Notes under the pieces: generated by a model | The model's input: only the letters and a program-made list of their open reading frames with translations | The model's database searches: none | What the model was told of the DNA's origin: nothing | In this document: piece after piece, positions 1 to 9,112 of the stretch | Layout: each line of letters starts with the position of its first letter | Numbering within the stretch: the stretch's first letter is position 1 | DNA from: Halorhodospira halophila SL1 | GTDB lineage: Bacteria > Pseudomonadota > Gammaproteobacteria > Nitrococcales > Halorhodospiraceae | Direction of reading: 5' to 3' | Length of the DNA: 32,000 nucleotides | Assembly: GCF_000015585.1 (NCBI RefSeq) | Contig: NC_008789.1 | Span: 1,470,001-1,502,000 of the forward strand | Translations under genes and position numbers: made by a program

Positions 1-728
1 ATGTCCTGGGGGGTGGTGACGATCACACCACCGCTGACCGGCACCTTCTGGGCCAGGGTGAGCTGGATGTCGCCGGTCCCCGGAGGCATATCGACGATCA
101 GGTAGTCGAGCGCCTCCCACGCGGTCTCGGTGAGCAGCTGCTCCAGGGCCTGGGTGACCATGGGGCCACGCCAGATCATCGGGGTCTCCTCGTCGACCAG
201 GAAGCCGGCCGACATCACCTGGATGCCGTGCCCGAGCATCGGCTGCATGTGCTTGCCGTCTTTCGACTCGGGCTGCCCGCGAACACCGAGCATACGCGGC
301 TGGCTCGGGCCGTAGATGTCGGCGTCGAGCACGCCGACCCGGGCGCCATCGGCCTGCAGGGCGAGCGCCAGGTTGGCCGTAACCGTCGACTTGCCCACCC
401 CCCCCTTGCCGGAGGCAACGGCGATGATGTTCTTGATCTCGTCCCGCGCTTTCACCCCCGGCTGCACGGCGTGGGCGTGGATCCGCGTCTGGACCGACAC
501 CTGAACATCCCGGCACCCGGTGGCTTGCTGGATCGCCCCGCGCAACTCGTCGGTGAGCGTCTCGCGGTACCCCCCGGCCGGGTAGCCGAGCGACACCTCT
601 ACGCGGACGCTCTCACCGTCGACAGTGATTTCACCCAGGCACCCGGCGGAAATCAGATCCGTGCCCAAGTAGTAATCCTGGACCTGACTCACCCCCTGCT
701 CCACGGCCTCGCGGGTCAGATTCGTCAT
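1..728 (-). CDS. apbC: Fe-S cluster carrier ATPase ApbC/Mrp (NBP35 family); 3' end runs off the left edge of the window
   Basis: Manual reverse-strand translation from the ATG at 728-726 gives MTNLTREAVEQGV.... It contains a deviant Walker A (IIAVASGKGGVGKSTVTANLA) and DYLIVDMPPGTGDIQLTLAQ, typical of Mrp/ApbC. It is absent from the ORF track because there is no in-window stop. Confidence 0.85.
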   Translation of the reverse strand, partial: MTNLTREAVEQGVSQVQDYYLGTDLISAGCLGEITVDGESVRVEVSLGYPAGGYRETLTDELRGAIQQATGCRDVQVSVQTRIHAHAVQPGVKARDEIKNIIAVASGKGGVGKSTVTANLALALQADGARVGVLDADIYGPSQPRMLGVRGQPESKDGKHMQPMLGHGIQVMSAGFLVDEETPMIWRGPMVTQALEQLLTETAWEALDYLIVDMPPGTGDIQLTLAQKVPVSGGVIVTTPQD

Positions 729-765
729 ACCGTTCCCCCGGCAGTCGTTGTCCCTACCGCGCCAG

Positions 766-1188
766 TCAGGGTGCCAGCGGCACACCCGATTGATACGCGC
801 GGGTCCCGTCCTCATAATGCTCGTCCTTCCAGAATGGCGCCCGGACCTTCAGCGTGTCGATGGCGTAGCGCCCCGCCTCGAAGGCCTCGGCCCGGTGGGC
901 TGCACGCACCACTACCACCACGCTCTCCTCGCCCACAGCCAACTCGCCAACGCGGTGCACGATTCGGCACGCCTGCACGCCGTAGCGCTCGGTCACCTCA
1001 GCCTCCAACTCGGCGAGCACACGCTCGGCCATCGGGCGATAAGCCGAGTAGGCGATGGCCGCCACACGTCGCCCCTCGTGGTGATCCCGCACCGTGCCGC
1101 CGAAGACCACCAGGGCCCCGGCCGAGGGGTCGGCGGTCTCGGTCAGCAGCGGCTCCAGCGCGATGGGGTCGTCGGTCACGCGATTCAT
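766..1188 (-). CDS. moaE: Molybdopterin synthase catalytic subunit MoaE
   Basis: This is the C-terminal 140 aa of track ORF 766..1803, starting at the ATG at 1188 (MNRVTDDP...). A GAGGAGG RBS lies just upstream. Motifs VHRVGEL, RAAHRAEAFEAG and LKVRAPFWK match E. coli MoaE (HRIGEL, SAHRSSAFEAG, LKTRAPFWK). The upstream part of the track ORF overlaps the ABC gene and is rejected. Confidence 0.85.
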   Translation of the reverse strand: MNRVTDDPIALEPLLTETADPSAGALVVFGGTVRDHHEGRRVAAIAYSAYRPMAERVLAELEAEVTERYGVQACRIVHRVGELAVGEESVVVVVRAAHRAEAFEAGRYAIDTLKVRAPFWKDEHYEDGTRAYQSGVPLAP

Positions 1189-1213
1189 GCCACCTCCTCG
1201 CCATTGTGCGTCA

Positions 1214-2956
1214 TTATGACACGGGCGACCCGTTTCCAGGCGTCTCGATCTCCAGAGCACCCAGCTGCAGGGCACAGAAACGCCGGTACAGCGGACTGTG
1301 CGCCTGCAGCTCTCGATGGGTCCCCTGCGCCTCGACGCGCCCCTGATCCAGTACCACGATGCGATCAGCGGCCACCACCGTAGCCAACCGGTGCGCGATG
1401 ACCAGCGTCGTCCGGCCGACCATGAGGCACTCCAGAGCCTGCTGAACGGCCTGCTCGCTTTCCGCATCCAGCGCGCTAGTGGCCTCGTCGAGCAGCAACA
1501 CGGCTGGGTCGCGCAGGATGGCCCGTGCGATGGCCACGCGCTGGCGCTGCCCCCCGGAGAGCTGGACGCCACCCGGGCCGAGCTCCGTCTCCAGCCCCTG
1601 GGGCAGCTGCTCGAGGAAGCCGAGGGCGTTGGCGTCGCGCGCCGCCGCCCGCACCTCGGTGTCACTGGCCTCGGGACGGCCGTAGCGAATGTTCTCGGCG
1701 GCCGTCCCGGTGAAGAGCACTGGCTCCTGGGCCACCAGCCCGAGGCATCGGCGCAGTTCGGCCGGATCCACCCCGCGCAGGTCGACGCCGTCGAGCCGCA
1801 CACTGCCGGCGTCCGGGTCGTAGAACCGCAGCAGCAACTGCAGCAGCGTGCTCTTGCCCGCCCCGGAAGGCCCTACCAGCGCCACCCGCTCCCCGGGGCG
1901 AGCCCTCAGGGTCACCCCACGCAGGGCCGGCTGCTCGGCCCGTGCCGGGTAGGCGAAGGTCACAGCATCGAAACGCACCTCTCCGCGAACCGGCTGGGGC
2001 AGTGGTTGCGGATGGGTCGGCGCGCGGATCCTGGGTTCGGCATCGATCAGCTCGAAGAGGCGATCGGTGGCCCCCATGGCGCGAAGGATCTCCCCAGCCA
2101 CCTCGGCCATGGCAGCTACCGAACCGGCGGCCAGCACCGCGTAGAAGACAAAGGCCGACAGCTCGCCAGGCGTCATCCGCCCGGCCAGGACGTCGTGGCC
2201 GCCCTGCCAGAGAACAGCACCCACCGCGCCGAAGACGCACAGAAGGGCGACCCCCGTCAGCCACGCCCGCTGCCAGGTGCGACGGATAGCCGTGGCGAAG
2301 GCCGCCTCGACCCGGGCGGCATAGCGTCGCCGATCCTCGGCCTCGTGACCGAAGGCCTGGACCGTGCTGATGGCGTGGAGGGACTCACCAGCGTACCCCC
2401 CGACATCGGCAACCCGATCCTGGCTATCCCGGGAGAGGCTGCGCACGCGCCGCCCGAACCCGAAGATGGGGATCAAGATCAGTGGGATCCCCACCACCAC
2501 CAGCGTCGCCAGCCGCGGGCTGGTAACGAACAGCAACACCAGGGCACCGACCAGGGTCAGGGCGTTGCGCAGGGCGATCGACAGCGCCGATCCGAACAGG
2601 TTCTGCAGCACCGTGGTATCGGCGGTGAGCCGCGACTGAACCTCACCGGCGCCGGTGCGCTCGAAGAACGCCGGCTCCAAACGCAGCAGGCGATCGAAGA
2701 GCTGCCCGCGCAGATCCGCAGCGAGGCGTTCTCCGATCCAGGTGATGAGGTAATAGCGGGTGGCGGAGGCCAGGGCGAGGATCAGGATCATCGCTAGCGT
2801 AGCCAGCAGGGCGCGGTCGAGCATCGCCGGATCGCCGTCGGCGAACCCGTGGTCAATGACCAGGCGCAGCCCCTGCCCGATGGCCAGCACGCCACCGGCT
2901 GCAATCAGCAGCGCAACAGCCGCGGCGGCCAGGCGCCAGCGGTACGGGCGGAGCAT
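1214..2956 (-). CDS. Fused TMD-NBD ABC exporter (ABCB/MsbA-Mdl-like half transporter)
   Basis: The 580 aa ORF has six hydrophobic segments in the N-terminal half. It carries Walker A GPSGAGKST, the signature LSGGQRQRVAIARA and Walker B LLLDEATSALD. The substrate cannot be inferred from sequence. Confidence 0.9.
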   Translation of the reverse strand: MLRPYRWRLAAAAVALLIAAGGVLAIGQGLRLVIDHGFADGDPAMLDRALLATLAMILILALASATRYYLITWIGERLAADLRGQLFDRLLRLEPAFFERTGAGEVQSRLTADTTVLQNLFGSALSIALRNALTLVGALVLLFVTSPRLATLVVVGIPLILIPIFGFGRRVRSLSRDSQDRVADVGGYAGESLHAISTVQAFGHEAEDRRRYAARVEAAFATAIRRTWQRAWLTGVALLCVFGAVGAVLWQGGHDVLAGRMTPGELSAFVFYAVLAAGSVAAMAEVAGEILRAMGATDRLFELIDAEPRIRAPTHPQPLPQPVRGEVRFDAVTFAYPARAEQPALRGVTLRARPGERVALVGPSGAGKSTLLQLLLRFYDPDAGSVRLDGVDLRGVDPAELRRCLGLVAQEPVLFTGTAAENIRYGRPEASDTEVRAAARDANALGFLEQLPQGLETELGPGGVQLSGGQRQRVAIARAILRDPAVLLLDEATSALDAESEQAVQQALECLMVGRTTLVIAHRLATVVAADRIVVLDQGRVEAQGTHRELQAHSPLYRRFCALQLGALEIETPGNGSPVS

Positions 2957-3124
2957 CCGCAGCAGGCGCAGCAGTGTCGATCGACGTCCCAGGGCGCGAC
3001 TCCGTTTGCCTCGGCAGTAGGTGGACGAGTAAGGTTACATCCTGCGTGATACGGACACGAGCCGCGTGTTGGCCGGTGAGGCACCCTCGCCCCGGTAGCT
3101 CCTCGGAACAAAATCAGAACGTCC

Positions 3125-3141
3125 GTGTCACACGGTGACAC
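3125..3141. promoter_or_regulatory. Perfect 7-bp inverted repeat GTGTCAC-acg-GTGACAC about 30 nt upstream of the hip start; candidate operator or 5'-UTR hairpin
   Basis: The repeat was read directly from the sequence and lies in the divergent intergenic region between the ABC exporter and hip. No known regulator consensus was recognised. Confidence 0.3.
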
Positions 3142-3171
3142 CCATCGAAGAAGACCGAAAGGAGGGTGAGC

Positions 3172-3513
3172 ATGAGCAACCCGATCGACGGTGATCGCCG
3201 CAAATTCCTCAAGACCGGCGCCATGGCCGTGGCGGCCATCCCGCTGGCCACGCTGGTGACCAAGGGCACCGCCGTGGCTGGTCTGCCCGATGACGTGGAA
3301 GATCTGCCCAAGGCGGAGGACGACCACGATCACGACTACGTGAACGACGTCGCCGATACCGACCACGCCCGCTACCAGGAAGGCCAGCTCTGCGAGAACT
3401 GCCAGTTCTGGGTGGACTACGTGGACGGCGACTGGGGCTACTGCGAGCACCCGAGCTTCACCGACGTCCTCGTCAAGGGCGAGGGCTGGTGCTCGGTCTA
3501 CGCCCCGGCGTAA
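3172..3513 (+). CDS. hip: High-potential iron-sulfur protein (HiPIP), Tat-exported
   Basis: AGGAGG lies 7 nt upstream of the ATG at 3172 (the track ORF starts at the GTG at 3166). There is a twin-arginine signal (DRRKFLKTG). The four cluster Cys sit in CENCQFW...GYCEHP...GWCSVYAPA. The mature part resembles the Halorhodospira halophila HiPIP sequence as I recall it. Confidence 0.9.
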   Translation: MSNPIDGDRRKFLKTGAMAVAAIPLATLVTKGTAVAGLPDDVEDLPKAEDDHDHDYVNDVADTDHARYQEGQLCENCQFWVDYVDGDWGYCEHPSFTDVLVKGEGWCSVYAPA

Positions 3514-3561
3514 ACTGCTCGCCATCGCGCGAGCGATTCCGCCAGCCTGGCGGAACGACAA

Positions 3562-3589
3562 GGGGGCGCCCGGCGGCGCTCCCTTTTTT
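3562..3589 (+). terminator. Rho-independent terminator after hip
   Basis: GGGGGCGCC-cggc-GGCGCTCCC forms a 9-bp stem with one mismatch. It is followed by TTTTTT at 3584-3589. Confidence 0.75.
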
Positions 3590-3640
3590 ATACCCTGAGC
3601 GCGATCGCCACAGGGCATCGGAGGCAACCCGGGACCGACG

Positions 3641-4318
3641 ATGGACGCCCTAAGCAGCGATACACCGAACAAGCAACAGCACGCGCCCGAAGACAACGGC
3701 GCCGCCCGCCTGCAGGTCGAGGGACTCGCCTGCCGCCGCGGCGAGGAGTTCCTCTTCGAGGACCTCTCCTTCGCCCTCGGCCCCGGTGAGTTGCTCTTCG
3801 TGCGCGGGCGCAACGGCAGCGGCAAGACGACACTGCTGCGCACCCTCTGTGGCCTGACCGAACCGGCCCGCGGGCGGATTCGCTGGCTCGGTCAGCGCAT
3901 ACGCCGGTTGGATGATCAGGCGCGCCGAAAGATGCTCTACGTCGGCCACCGCGACGCCGTCAAGGACGAGCTGACCCCTCTGGAGAATCTGCAGATCCAC
4001 CAGGGGCTGCGCGGCGAGTCGAGCACCCTGGACGAACGCCTCGACGCGCTGGAGCAGGCCGGGCTTTCGGGGCGCGAGGACATTCCGGTTCGCTACCTCT
4101 CCCAGGGCCAGCGCCGGCGGACGGCGCTGGCGCGCCTACTGCTCTCCCCGGCGCAGCTGTGGATCCTGGACGAGCCGCTCACCGCGCTGGACCGACGCGC
4201 CGTCGCCTGGCTGTTCGAGCGCATCGCCGCCCACCTGGAGCAGGGAGGCCTGGTCATCACCACCAGCCATCAATCCATCGACGGCCTACCCGAGCCGCGC
4301 ATCCTGGATCTGGACTAG
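3641..4318 (+). CDS. ccmA: Heme exporter ATP-binding protein CcmA
   Basis: Carries Walker A GRNGSGKTTLLR, the signature LSQGQRRR and Walker B WILDEP. It is the first gene of a ccm-ordered operon. Confidence 0.9.
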   Translation: MDALSSDTPNKQQHAPEDNGAARLQVEGLACRRGEEFLFEDLSFALGPGELLFVRGRNGSGKTTLLRTLCGLTEPARGRIRWLGQRIRRLDDQARRKMLYVGHRDAVKDELTPLENLQIHQGLRGESSTLDERLDALEQAGLSGREDIPVRYLSQGQRRRTALARLLLSPAQLWILDEPLTALDRRAVAWLFERIAAHLEQGGLVITTSHQSIDGLPEPRILDLD

Positions 4319-4327
4319 GACAACGCC

Positions 4328-4996
4328 ATGGCGAGGTCTCTCTGGACACTTATTGGGCGCGACGTCTCGCTGATTGTCCTGCGCCGTCAGGACGTACTGA
4401 CCGTCGTCGCCTTTTTCGTCATCGTCATCACCCTATTCCCCCTGTCCATCGGCCCCGAGCCAGACAAGCTGCGTACCCTGGCCCCCGGAGGCGTCTGGGT
4501 CGCCGCGGCCCTGGCCAGCCTGATCTCGCTCGACCGCCTCTTCGCCGATGACTGGCGCGACGGCACCCTGGAGCAACTGGCGCTGTCGCCACAGCCCCTG
4601 GCGCTGGTGGCCTTGGCGAAGGTGGTGGCCCACTGGCTGTCGCTGGGGCTGCCGCTGGTCATCCTCTCCCCGGCCCTAGGCTACTCGCTGGGTCTGGAGG
4701 GGGCGGAGCTGCTGGTACTCGCGCTATCATTGCTGCTGGGCACCCCGGTGCTGAGCCTGCTCGGCGCGGTGGGGGCGGCCATGACCCTGGGCGTGCGGGC
4801 CGGCGGGGCCCTGATGGCGCTGCTCATCCTGCCCCTTTACGTACCCGTTCTGGTGCTGGGCGCTGGAGCAGTCTCGGAGGCGATGTTCAACGCCTCCTAC
4901 CAGGCGCACCTATCGCTGCTCGGCGCCATGCTCGCCCTGGCGGTTCCGCTGGTGCCGCTGGCGATCGCTGGCGCCCTGCGCATCGCCCTGGACTGA
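4328..4996 (+). CDS. ccmB: Heme exporter membrane protein CcmB
   Basis: A 222 aa polytopic membrane protein in the expected position and of the expected size. An AGGA RBS precedes it, and it lies 9 nt after the ccmA stop. Confidence 0.88.
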   Translation: MARSLWTLIGRDVSLIVLRRQDVLTVVAFFVIVITLFPLSIGPEPDKLRTLAPGGVWVAAALASLISLDRLFADDWRDGTLEQLALSPQPLALVALAKVVAHWLSLGLPLVILSPALGYSLGLEGAELLVLALSLLLGTPVLSLLGAVGAAMTLGVRAGGALMALLILPLYVPVLVLGAGAVSEAMFNASYQAHLSLLGAMLALAVPLVPLAIAGALRIALD

Positions 4997-5089
4997 ACGA
5001 CACCGTCCGCGTAACGGGAACTTGACACCCGTTTCCGGGATCAAAGGCGTAGTGACAAACGCGCTACGGAGAACGACGGGATAAACCGC

Positions 5090-5914
5090 ATGAGCGCTCG
5101 ATCCATTCCCTGGCTCAAGTTTACGGCGCCGGCCAACTTCTATGTGCTCGCCCAGCGTCTGGTGCCCTGGCTGTGGGCGGCCGCCGCATTGTTCGCCGCG
5201 GCGGGGCTTTACGTGGGGTTTTTTGTCGCACCCCCCGACTACCAGCAGGGTAACAGCTACCGGATCATGTTCATCCACGTACCCGCGGCGTGGATGGGCA
5301 TGTTCCTCTATCTGCTGATGGCCCTTTATGGCGCCATCTACCTGATCTGGCGGATCAAGATGGCAGACATCATGGCCCGGGCCATCGCCCCCACCGGGGC
5401 GCTGATGACGTTCCTGGGCCTGTGGACCGGCGCCCTGTGGGGCGCCCCCACCTGGGGAACGTACTGGGTCTGGGACGCCCGGTTGACCTCGACACTGATC
5501 CTGCTCTTCCTCTTCCTCGGCTATATCGCCCTGCACGCCGCCTCCGACGACCGCGAGAAAGGCGGCCGGGCGGCATCGCTGCTGGCCATTGTCGGCGCAG
5601 TGAATGTGCCGATAATCTACTTCTCCGTAGAGTGGTGGTACAACCTGCACCAGGGCGCCTCGGTCATCCGCGCGGACGGTCCGAGCATGGCCGACTCGAT
5701 GCTCGCTGCGCTGCTGCTGATGACCGCCGCCTTCTGGATCTATTCGGCTGCCATCGTCCTGCGCCGCGCCCAGGTCGAGGCCCTGAGCCGCGAGTCGCGC
5801 AAGGAGTGGGCCCGGGCGGCGGCAGCCGGCAGCCTCACCCGCGATCAGCGCGAGCGGGCTGCTGACGAGACCGCGCGGGAGCAACGCATTGCGGAATCGG
5901 GAGGAGAAGCCTGA
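5090..5914 (+). CDS. ccmC: Heme exporter / heme-handling protein CcmC
   Basis: Contains the tryptophan-rich WWD motif WGAPTWGTYWVWDARL with flanking conserved His. It is 274 aa long with a charged C-terminal tail. Confidence 0.9.
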   Translation: MSARSIPWLKFTAPANFYVLAQRLVPWLWAAAALFAAAGLYVGFFVAPPDYQQGNSYRIMFIHVPAAWMGMFLYLLMALYGAIYLIWRIKMADIMARAIAPTGALMTFLGLWTGALWGAPTWGTYWVWDARLTSTLILLFLFLGYIALHAASDDREKGGRAASLLAIVGAVNVPIIYFSVEWWYNLHQGASVIRADGPSMADSMLAALLLMTAAFWIYSAAIVLRRAQVEALSRESRKEWARAAAAGSLTRDQRERAADETAREQRIAESGGEA

Positions 5915-6102
5915 TGTGGGACGGGATTGGTGATTTCCTGACCATGGGCGGCCACGCCGCCTACGTCTGGGGGTCGTTTGGCATGGTGGCAGCGGTGCTG
6001 CTCATCGAGTGGCTGCTGGTCGGCCGCCGCCGCCGTCGCCTGCAGGCCATGCTTCAGCGGCAGTCGCAACGGTCGACGGCCGCACAATCGCAGGGGGACT
6101 AA
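5914..6102 (+). CDS. ccmD: Heme exporter small subunit CcmD
   Basis: A 62 aa ORF with a single TM helix and the motif GGHAAYVWGSFG. Its ATG overlaps the ccmC TGA by 1 nt. Confidence 0.8.
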   Translation: MWDGIGDFLTMGGHAAYVWGSFGMVAAVLLIEWLLVGRRRRRLQAMLQRQSQRSTAAQSQGD

Positions 6103-6105
6103 ACG

Positions 6106-6555
6106 ATGAAGAAGCGACACCAGAGGCTGTTCTTGGTACTCGGTGTGGTCGCCGGGGTCAGTGTCGCCACGGCGCTGGTTCTCAACGCCTTCCGTGACAA
6201 CATGACCTTCTTCATCACGCCGTCCGAGGTGATGGCCAAGTCCGACATGCCCGAGCGGCACTTCCGCATCGGCGGGCTGGTCGAGGACGGCTCCGTGGAG
6301 CGTGACAGCGACTCCACGCAGGTCCGCTTCCGGGTCACCGACACCGAGGCGAGCGTACCCGTCGACTTCGAGGGCATCCTCCCCGACCTCTTCCGCGAGG
6401 GTCAGGGCGTGGTTGTCGAGGGCCGGATCACCTCCAACGGGGTGTTCAAGGCGGACAACGTCATGGCGCGTCACGACGAGGACTACATGCCGGCCGAGGC
6501 ACAAGAGGCCCTGGACCGGGTCGAACACTCCGTCGATGAAGTCGGGGACTACTAA
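6106..6555 (+). CDS. ccmE: Cytochrome c-type biogenesis heme chaperone CcmE
   Basis: Has an N-terminal anchor (MKKRHQRLFLVLG) and the heme-binding His motif ARHDEDYMP near the C-terminus. Confidence 0.9.
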   Translation: MKKRHQRLFLVLGVVAGVSVATALVLNAFRDNMTFFITPSEVMAKSDMPERHFRIGGLVEDGSVERDSDSTQVRFRVTDTEASVPVDFEGILPDLFREGQGVVVEGRITSNGVFKADNVMARHDEDYMPAEAQEALDRVEHSVDEVGDY

Positions 6556-6557
6556 CG

Positions 6558-8582
6558 ATGCTTGGTGAGCTCGGCAATTTTGCCCTGATCCTGGCCTTCT
6601 GCCTGGCCGTCATCCAGTCGATCCTGCCGCTGGTCGGGACCGCCACCGGCGACGCCCGGCTGATGAACTCCGGCCGCTCGCTGGCCGTCGGGCAGTTCGT
6701 CTTCCTGCTCGCCGCCTACCTGATCCTGACGGCGGCCTTCGTGACCAACGACTTCTCCATCCGCTACGTGGCCGAGAACTCGGCCACCGCGCCGCCGCTG
6801 GTCTATAAGATCACCGGCGTGTGGGGGGGCCACGAGGGCTCGATGCTCTTCTGGGTCCTGACCCTGAGCGCCTGGACCGTCGCCGTCGCGGTGTTCAGCC
6901 GCGCCCTGCCCCGCGAGATGCTGGCGCGGGTGCTGGCGGTGCTCGGCATGGTGGCGGTGGCGTTCATCGCGTTCACCGCGCTCACCTCGAATCCCTTCGA
7001 GCGGATCTTCCCGGCACCCACCGAGGGCACGGACCTGAACCCGCTGCTCCAGGATCCGGGGATGATCATCCACCCGCCGCTGCTGTTCATTGGCTACACC
7101 GGCCTCGCGGTGGCCTTCGCCTTCGCCGTAGCGGCGCTGATCGGCGGTCGCCTGGACGCCGCCTGGGCGCGCTGGTCGCGGCCGTGGACCACCGCCGCCT
7201 GGGGCTTCCTGACCCTGGGCATCGGCCTCGGCTCCTGGTGGGCCTACTATGAGCTCGGCTGGGGCGGCTGGTGGTTCTGGGACCCGGTGGAGAACGCCTC
7301 CCTGCTGCCCTGGCTCACTGCCACTGCCCTGATCCACTCGCTGGCGGTGACCGAGAAACGGGGCGGGTTCAAGGTCTGGACCGTGATGCTGGCCATCGTC
7401 AGCTTCGCGCTCACCATCCTCGGCGGGTTCATCGTCCGCTCTGGCGTGATCACCTCGGTCCACGCCTTCGCCACGGACCCGGACCGAGGCGTGTTCCTGC
7501 TGGCGATCCTCGCCGTCACGCTCCTCGGCTCCCTGGCGCTCTATGCCTGGCGGGCCCCGAAGGTCGGGCTGGGCGGCGTATTCGGCTGGTACTCTCGGGA
7601 GTCGCTGCTGCTGGCCAACAACGTGCTGCTGGTGGTCGCCTGTGCGGCCATCGCCATCGGCACCCTCTACCCGCTGGCTCTCGACGCCTTCGATCTCGGC
7701 AAGATCTCGGTGGGGCCGCCCTACTTCGACGCGGTCTTCATGCCGCTGATGCTGCCACTGCTGTTCCTGATCGGCATCGGGCCGGTGGTCTCCTGGAAGC
7801 AGTCGGATCCGATGGAGACGGTCCGGCAGCTGCGCTGGATCCTGCTGGTCAGCGCGCTGATCGGCGGCGTCTGGCCGCTGACCATGGGGGCCTGGAACCC
7901 GCTCACCGCCTTCGGCCTGGGCTTGGCGGCGTGGATCCTACTCACCGCCGGGACGGACCTGGTCCGCCGGTTCAACCGCCGACGTCAGCAGGGCGTTGCC
8001 ACGGCGCTGCAGGCCGCCCTGCGGCCGAGCTTCTTCGGCATGCACCTGGCCCACGCCGGTCTCGCCCTGGTGGTCATGGCCATCGCCATGGTCAACACCT
8101 ACGAGGTCGAGCGGGACGTCCGGCTGGAACCGGGCGATACGGCCACGGCCGGCGCCTACCAGTTCCGCATGCTCGACAGCGAGGTGGTCCGCGGCCCGAA
8201 CTTCGACGCCCAACAGGCTACCGTCGAGGTCCTCAACCAGGACGGCGAGGTCATCGACGTGCTCTTCCCACAGCTGCGCTTCTACGACTCACAGCCGCAG
8301 ATGCCCATGCACCAGGCCTCGCTGAACCGCGGCATGACCCGCGATGTCTACGTCTCATTGGGAGACGACCTGGGTGGAGGGGCCTGGACCATGCGGCTCT
8401 ACTACAAGCCGTACATGTTCTGGCTGTGGACCGGCTGTCTGCTGATGGCCTTCGGCGGGTTCCTGGCGGCCGCGGACCGGCGCTACCGCATGGCCGGCGA
8501 CCGGCGCACGGTCTCCGAGGCCAACATCGACAGCAGCGATAATCGCGTGGTGCGGCCAGCCTCGGCGGAGGCGCAGTCATGA
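6558..8582 (+). CDS. ccmF: Cytochrome c heme lyase subunit CcmF
   Basis: A 674 aa polytopic protein with the WWD-type motif LGWGGWWFWDPVEN. It starts 2 nt after the ccmE stop. Confidence 0.92.
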   Translation: MLGELGNFALILAFCLAVIQSILPLVGTATGDARLMNSGRSLAVGQFVFLLAAYLILTAAFVTNDFSIRYVAENSATAPPLVYKITGVWGGHEGSMLFWVLTLSAWTVAVAVFSRALPREMLARVLAVLGMVAVAFIAFTALTSNPFERIFPAPTEGTDLNPLLQDPGMIIHPPLLFIGYTGLAVAFAFAVAALIGGRLDAAWARWSRPWTTAAWGFLTLGIGLGSWWAYYELGWGGWWFWDPVENASLLPWLTATALIHSLAVTEKRGGFKVWTVMLAIVSFALTILGGFIVRSGVITSVHAFATDPDRGVFLLAILAVTLLGSLALYAWRAPKVGLGGVFGWYSRESLLLANNVLLVVACAAIAIGTLYPLALDAFDLGKISVGPPYFDAVFMPLMLPLLFLIGIGPVVSWKQSDPMETVRQLRWILLVSALIGGVWPLTMGAWNPLTAFGLGLAAWILLTAGTDLVRRFNRRRQQGVATALQAALRPSFFGMHLAHAGLALVVMAIAMVNTYEVERDVRLEPGDTATAGAYQFRMLDSEVVRGPNFDAQQATVEVLNQDGEVIDVLFPQLRFYDSQPQMPMHQASLNRGMTRDVYVSLGDDLGGGAWTMRLYYKPYMFWLWTGCLLMAFGGFLAAADRRYRMAGDRRTVSEANIDSSDNRVVRPASAEAQS

Positions 8583-9112
8583 ACAAGCGACTGCTCCTCC
8601 CGCTCCTGCTGACCCTGCCGGTCCTGGGGCTACTGTATGTGGGGCTGACTCTGGATTCGCGCAGCCTGCCCTCACCGCTGGTGGGCAAACCAGCACCGGA
8701 CTTCGAGCTGGAGTCGCTGCGCGATGCCGGCGTCACCCTGACCCGGGACGATTTCATCGGAGAGATCGCCCTGGTCAACGTCTGGGCCTCGTGGTGTGAC
8801 AGCTGCCGCCACGAGCATACCTACTGGCGGCAGCTGGCCGACCGCGGGATCCCGATCCACGCCTTCAATTATCGCGACAGCCGAGAGAATGCCCATCGCT
8901 ATCTGGAGTTCTTCGGCGACCCGTTCCGCGAGATCGCCTACGACCCGCGGGCCGAGGCCGGCATGGAGTGGGGCGTGTACGCCACCCCCGAGACCTACGT
9001 ACTCGATGCCGAAGGCATCATCCGGCACAAGCACATCGGACCGGTCAACGCCGAGGTGCTGCGTAACGACATCCTGCCCTTGATCGAGGAACTGGAGGCA
9101 GAGCGGTCATGA
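8579..9112 (+). CDS. ccmG: Periplasmic thiol:disulfide oxidoreductase CcmG/DsbE
   Basis: Has an N-terminal anchor, the thioredoxin active site WASWCDSC, and GVYATPETYVLD with the cis-Pro. Its start overlaps ccmF as ATGA. Confidence 0.88.
   Translation: MNKRLLLPLLLTLPVLGLLYVGLTLDSRSLPSPLVGKPAPDFELESLRDAGVTLTRDDFIGEIALVNVWASWCDSCRHEHTYWRQLADRGIPIHAFNYRDSRENAHRYLEFFGDPFREIAYDPRAEAGMEWGVYATPETYVLDAEGIIRHKHIGPVNAEVLRNDILPLIEELEAERS

Noticed and set aside
1-2956. The ABC exporter-moaE-apbC cluster recalls the eukaryotic link between Atm1/ATM3-type ABC exporters, Moco synthesis and the NBP35 (ApbC homolog) Fe-S assembly pathway.
   Set aside because: The transporter's TMD motifs (FFERTGAGEVQSRLTADT...) look like the MsbA/Mdl/ABCB10 type rather than the Atm1 type. 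Without a phylogeny the analogy is unsupported. The gene order may simply reflect compact genome packing.
3601-3612. GCGATCGC (HIP1-like) octamer palindromes at about 3603, 4964 and 24511.
   Set aside because: Three copies of a GC-rich 8-mer in 32 kb of GC-rich DNA, two of them inside coding sequence, is not evidently above chance. There is no associated structure.
5013-5033. A small hairpin (AACGGG-n9-CCCGTT) and a perfect TTGACA hexamer in the 93-bp ccmB-ccmC gap, considered as a possible internal promoter or attenuator of the ccm operon.
   Set aside because: No acceptable -10 element lies at 16-19 bp spacing, and the stem is only 6 bp. The evidence is too weak to call.
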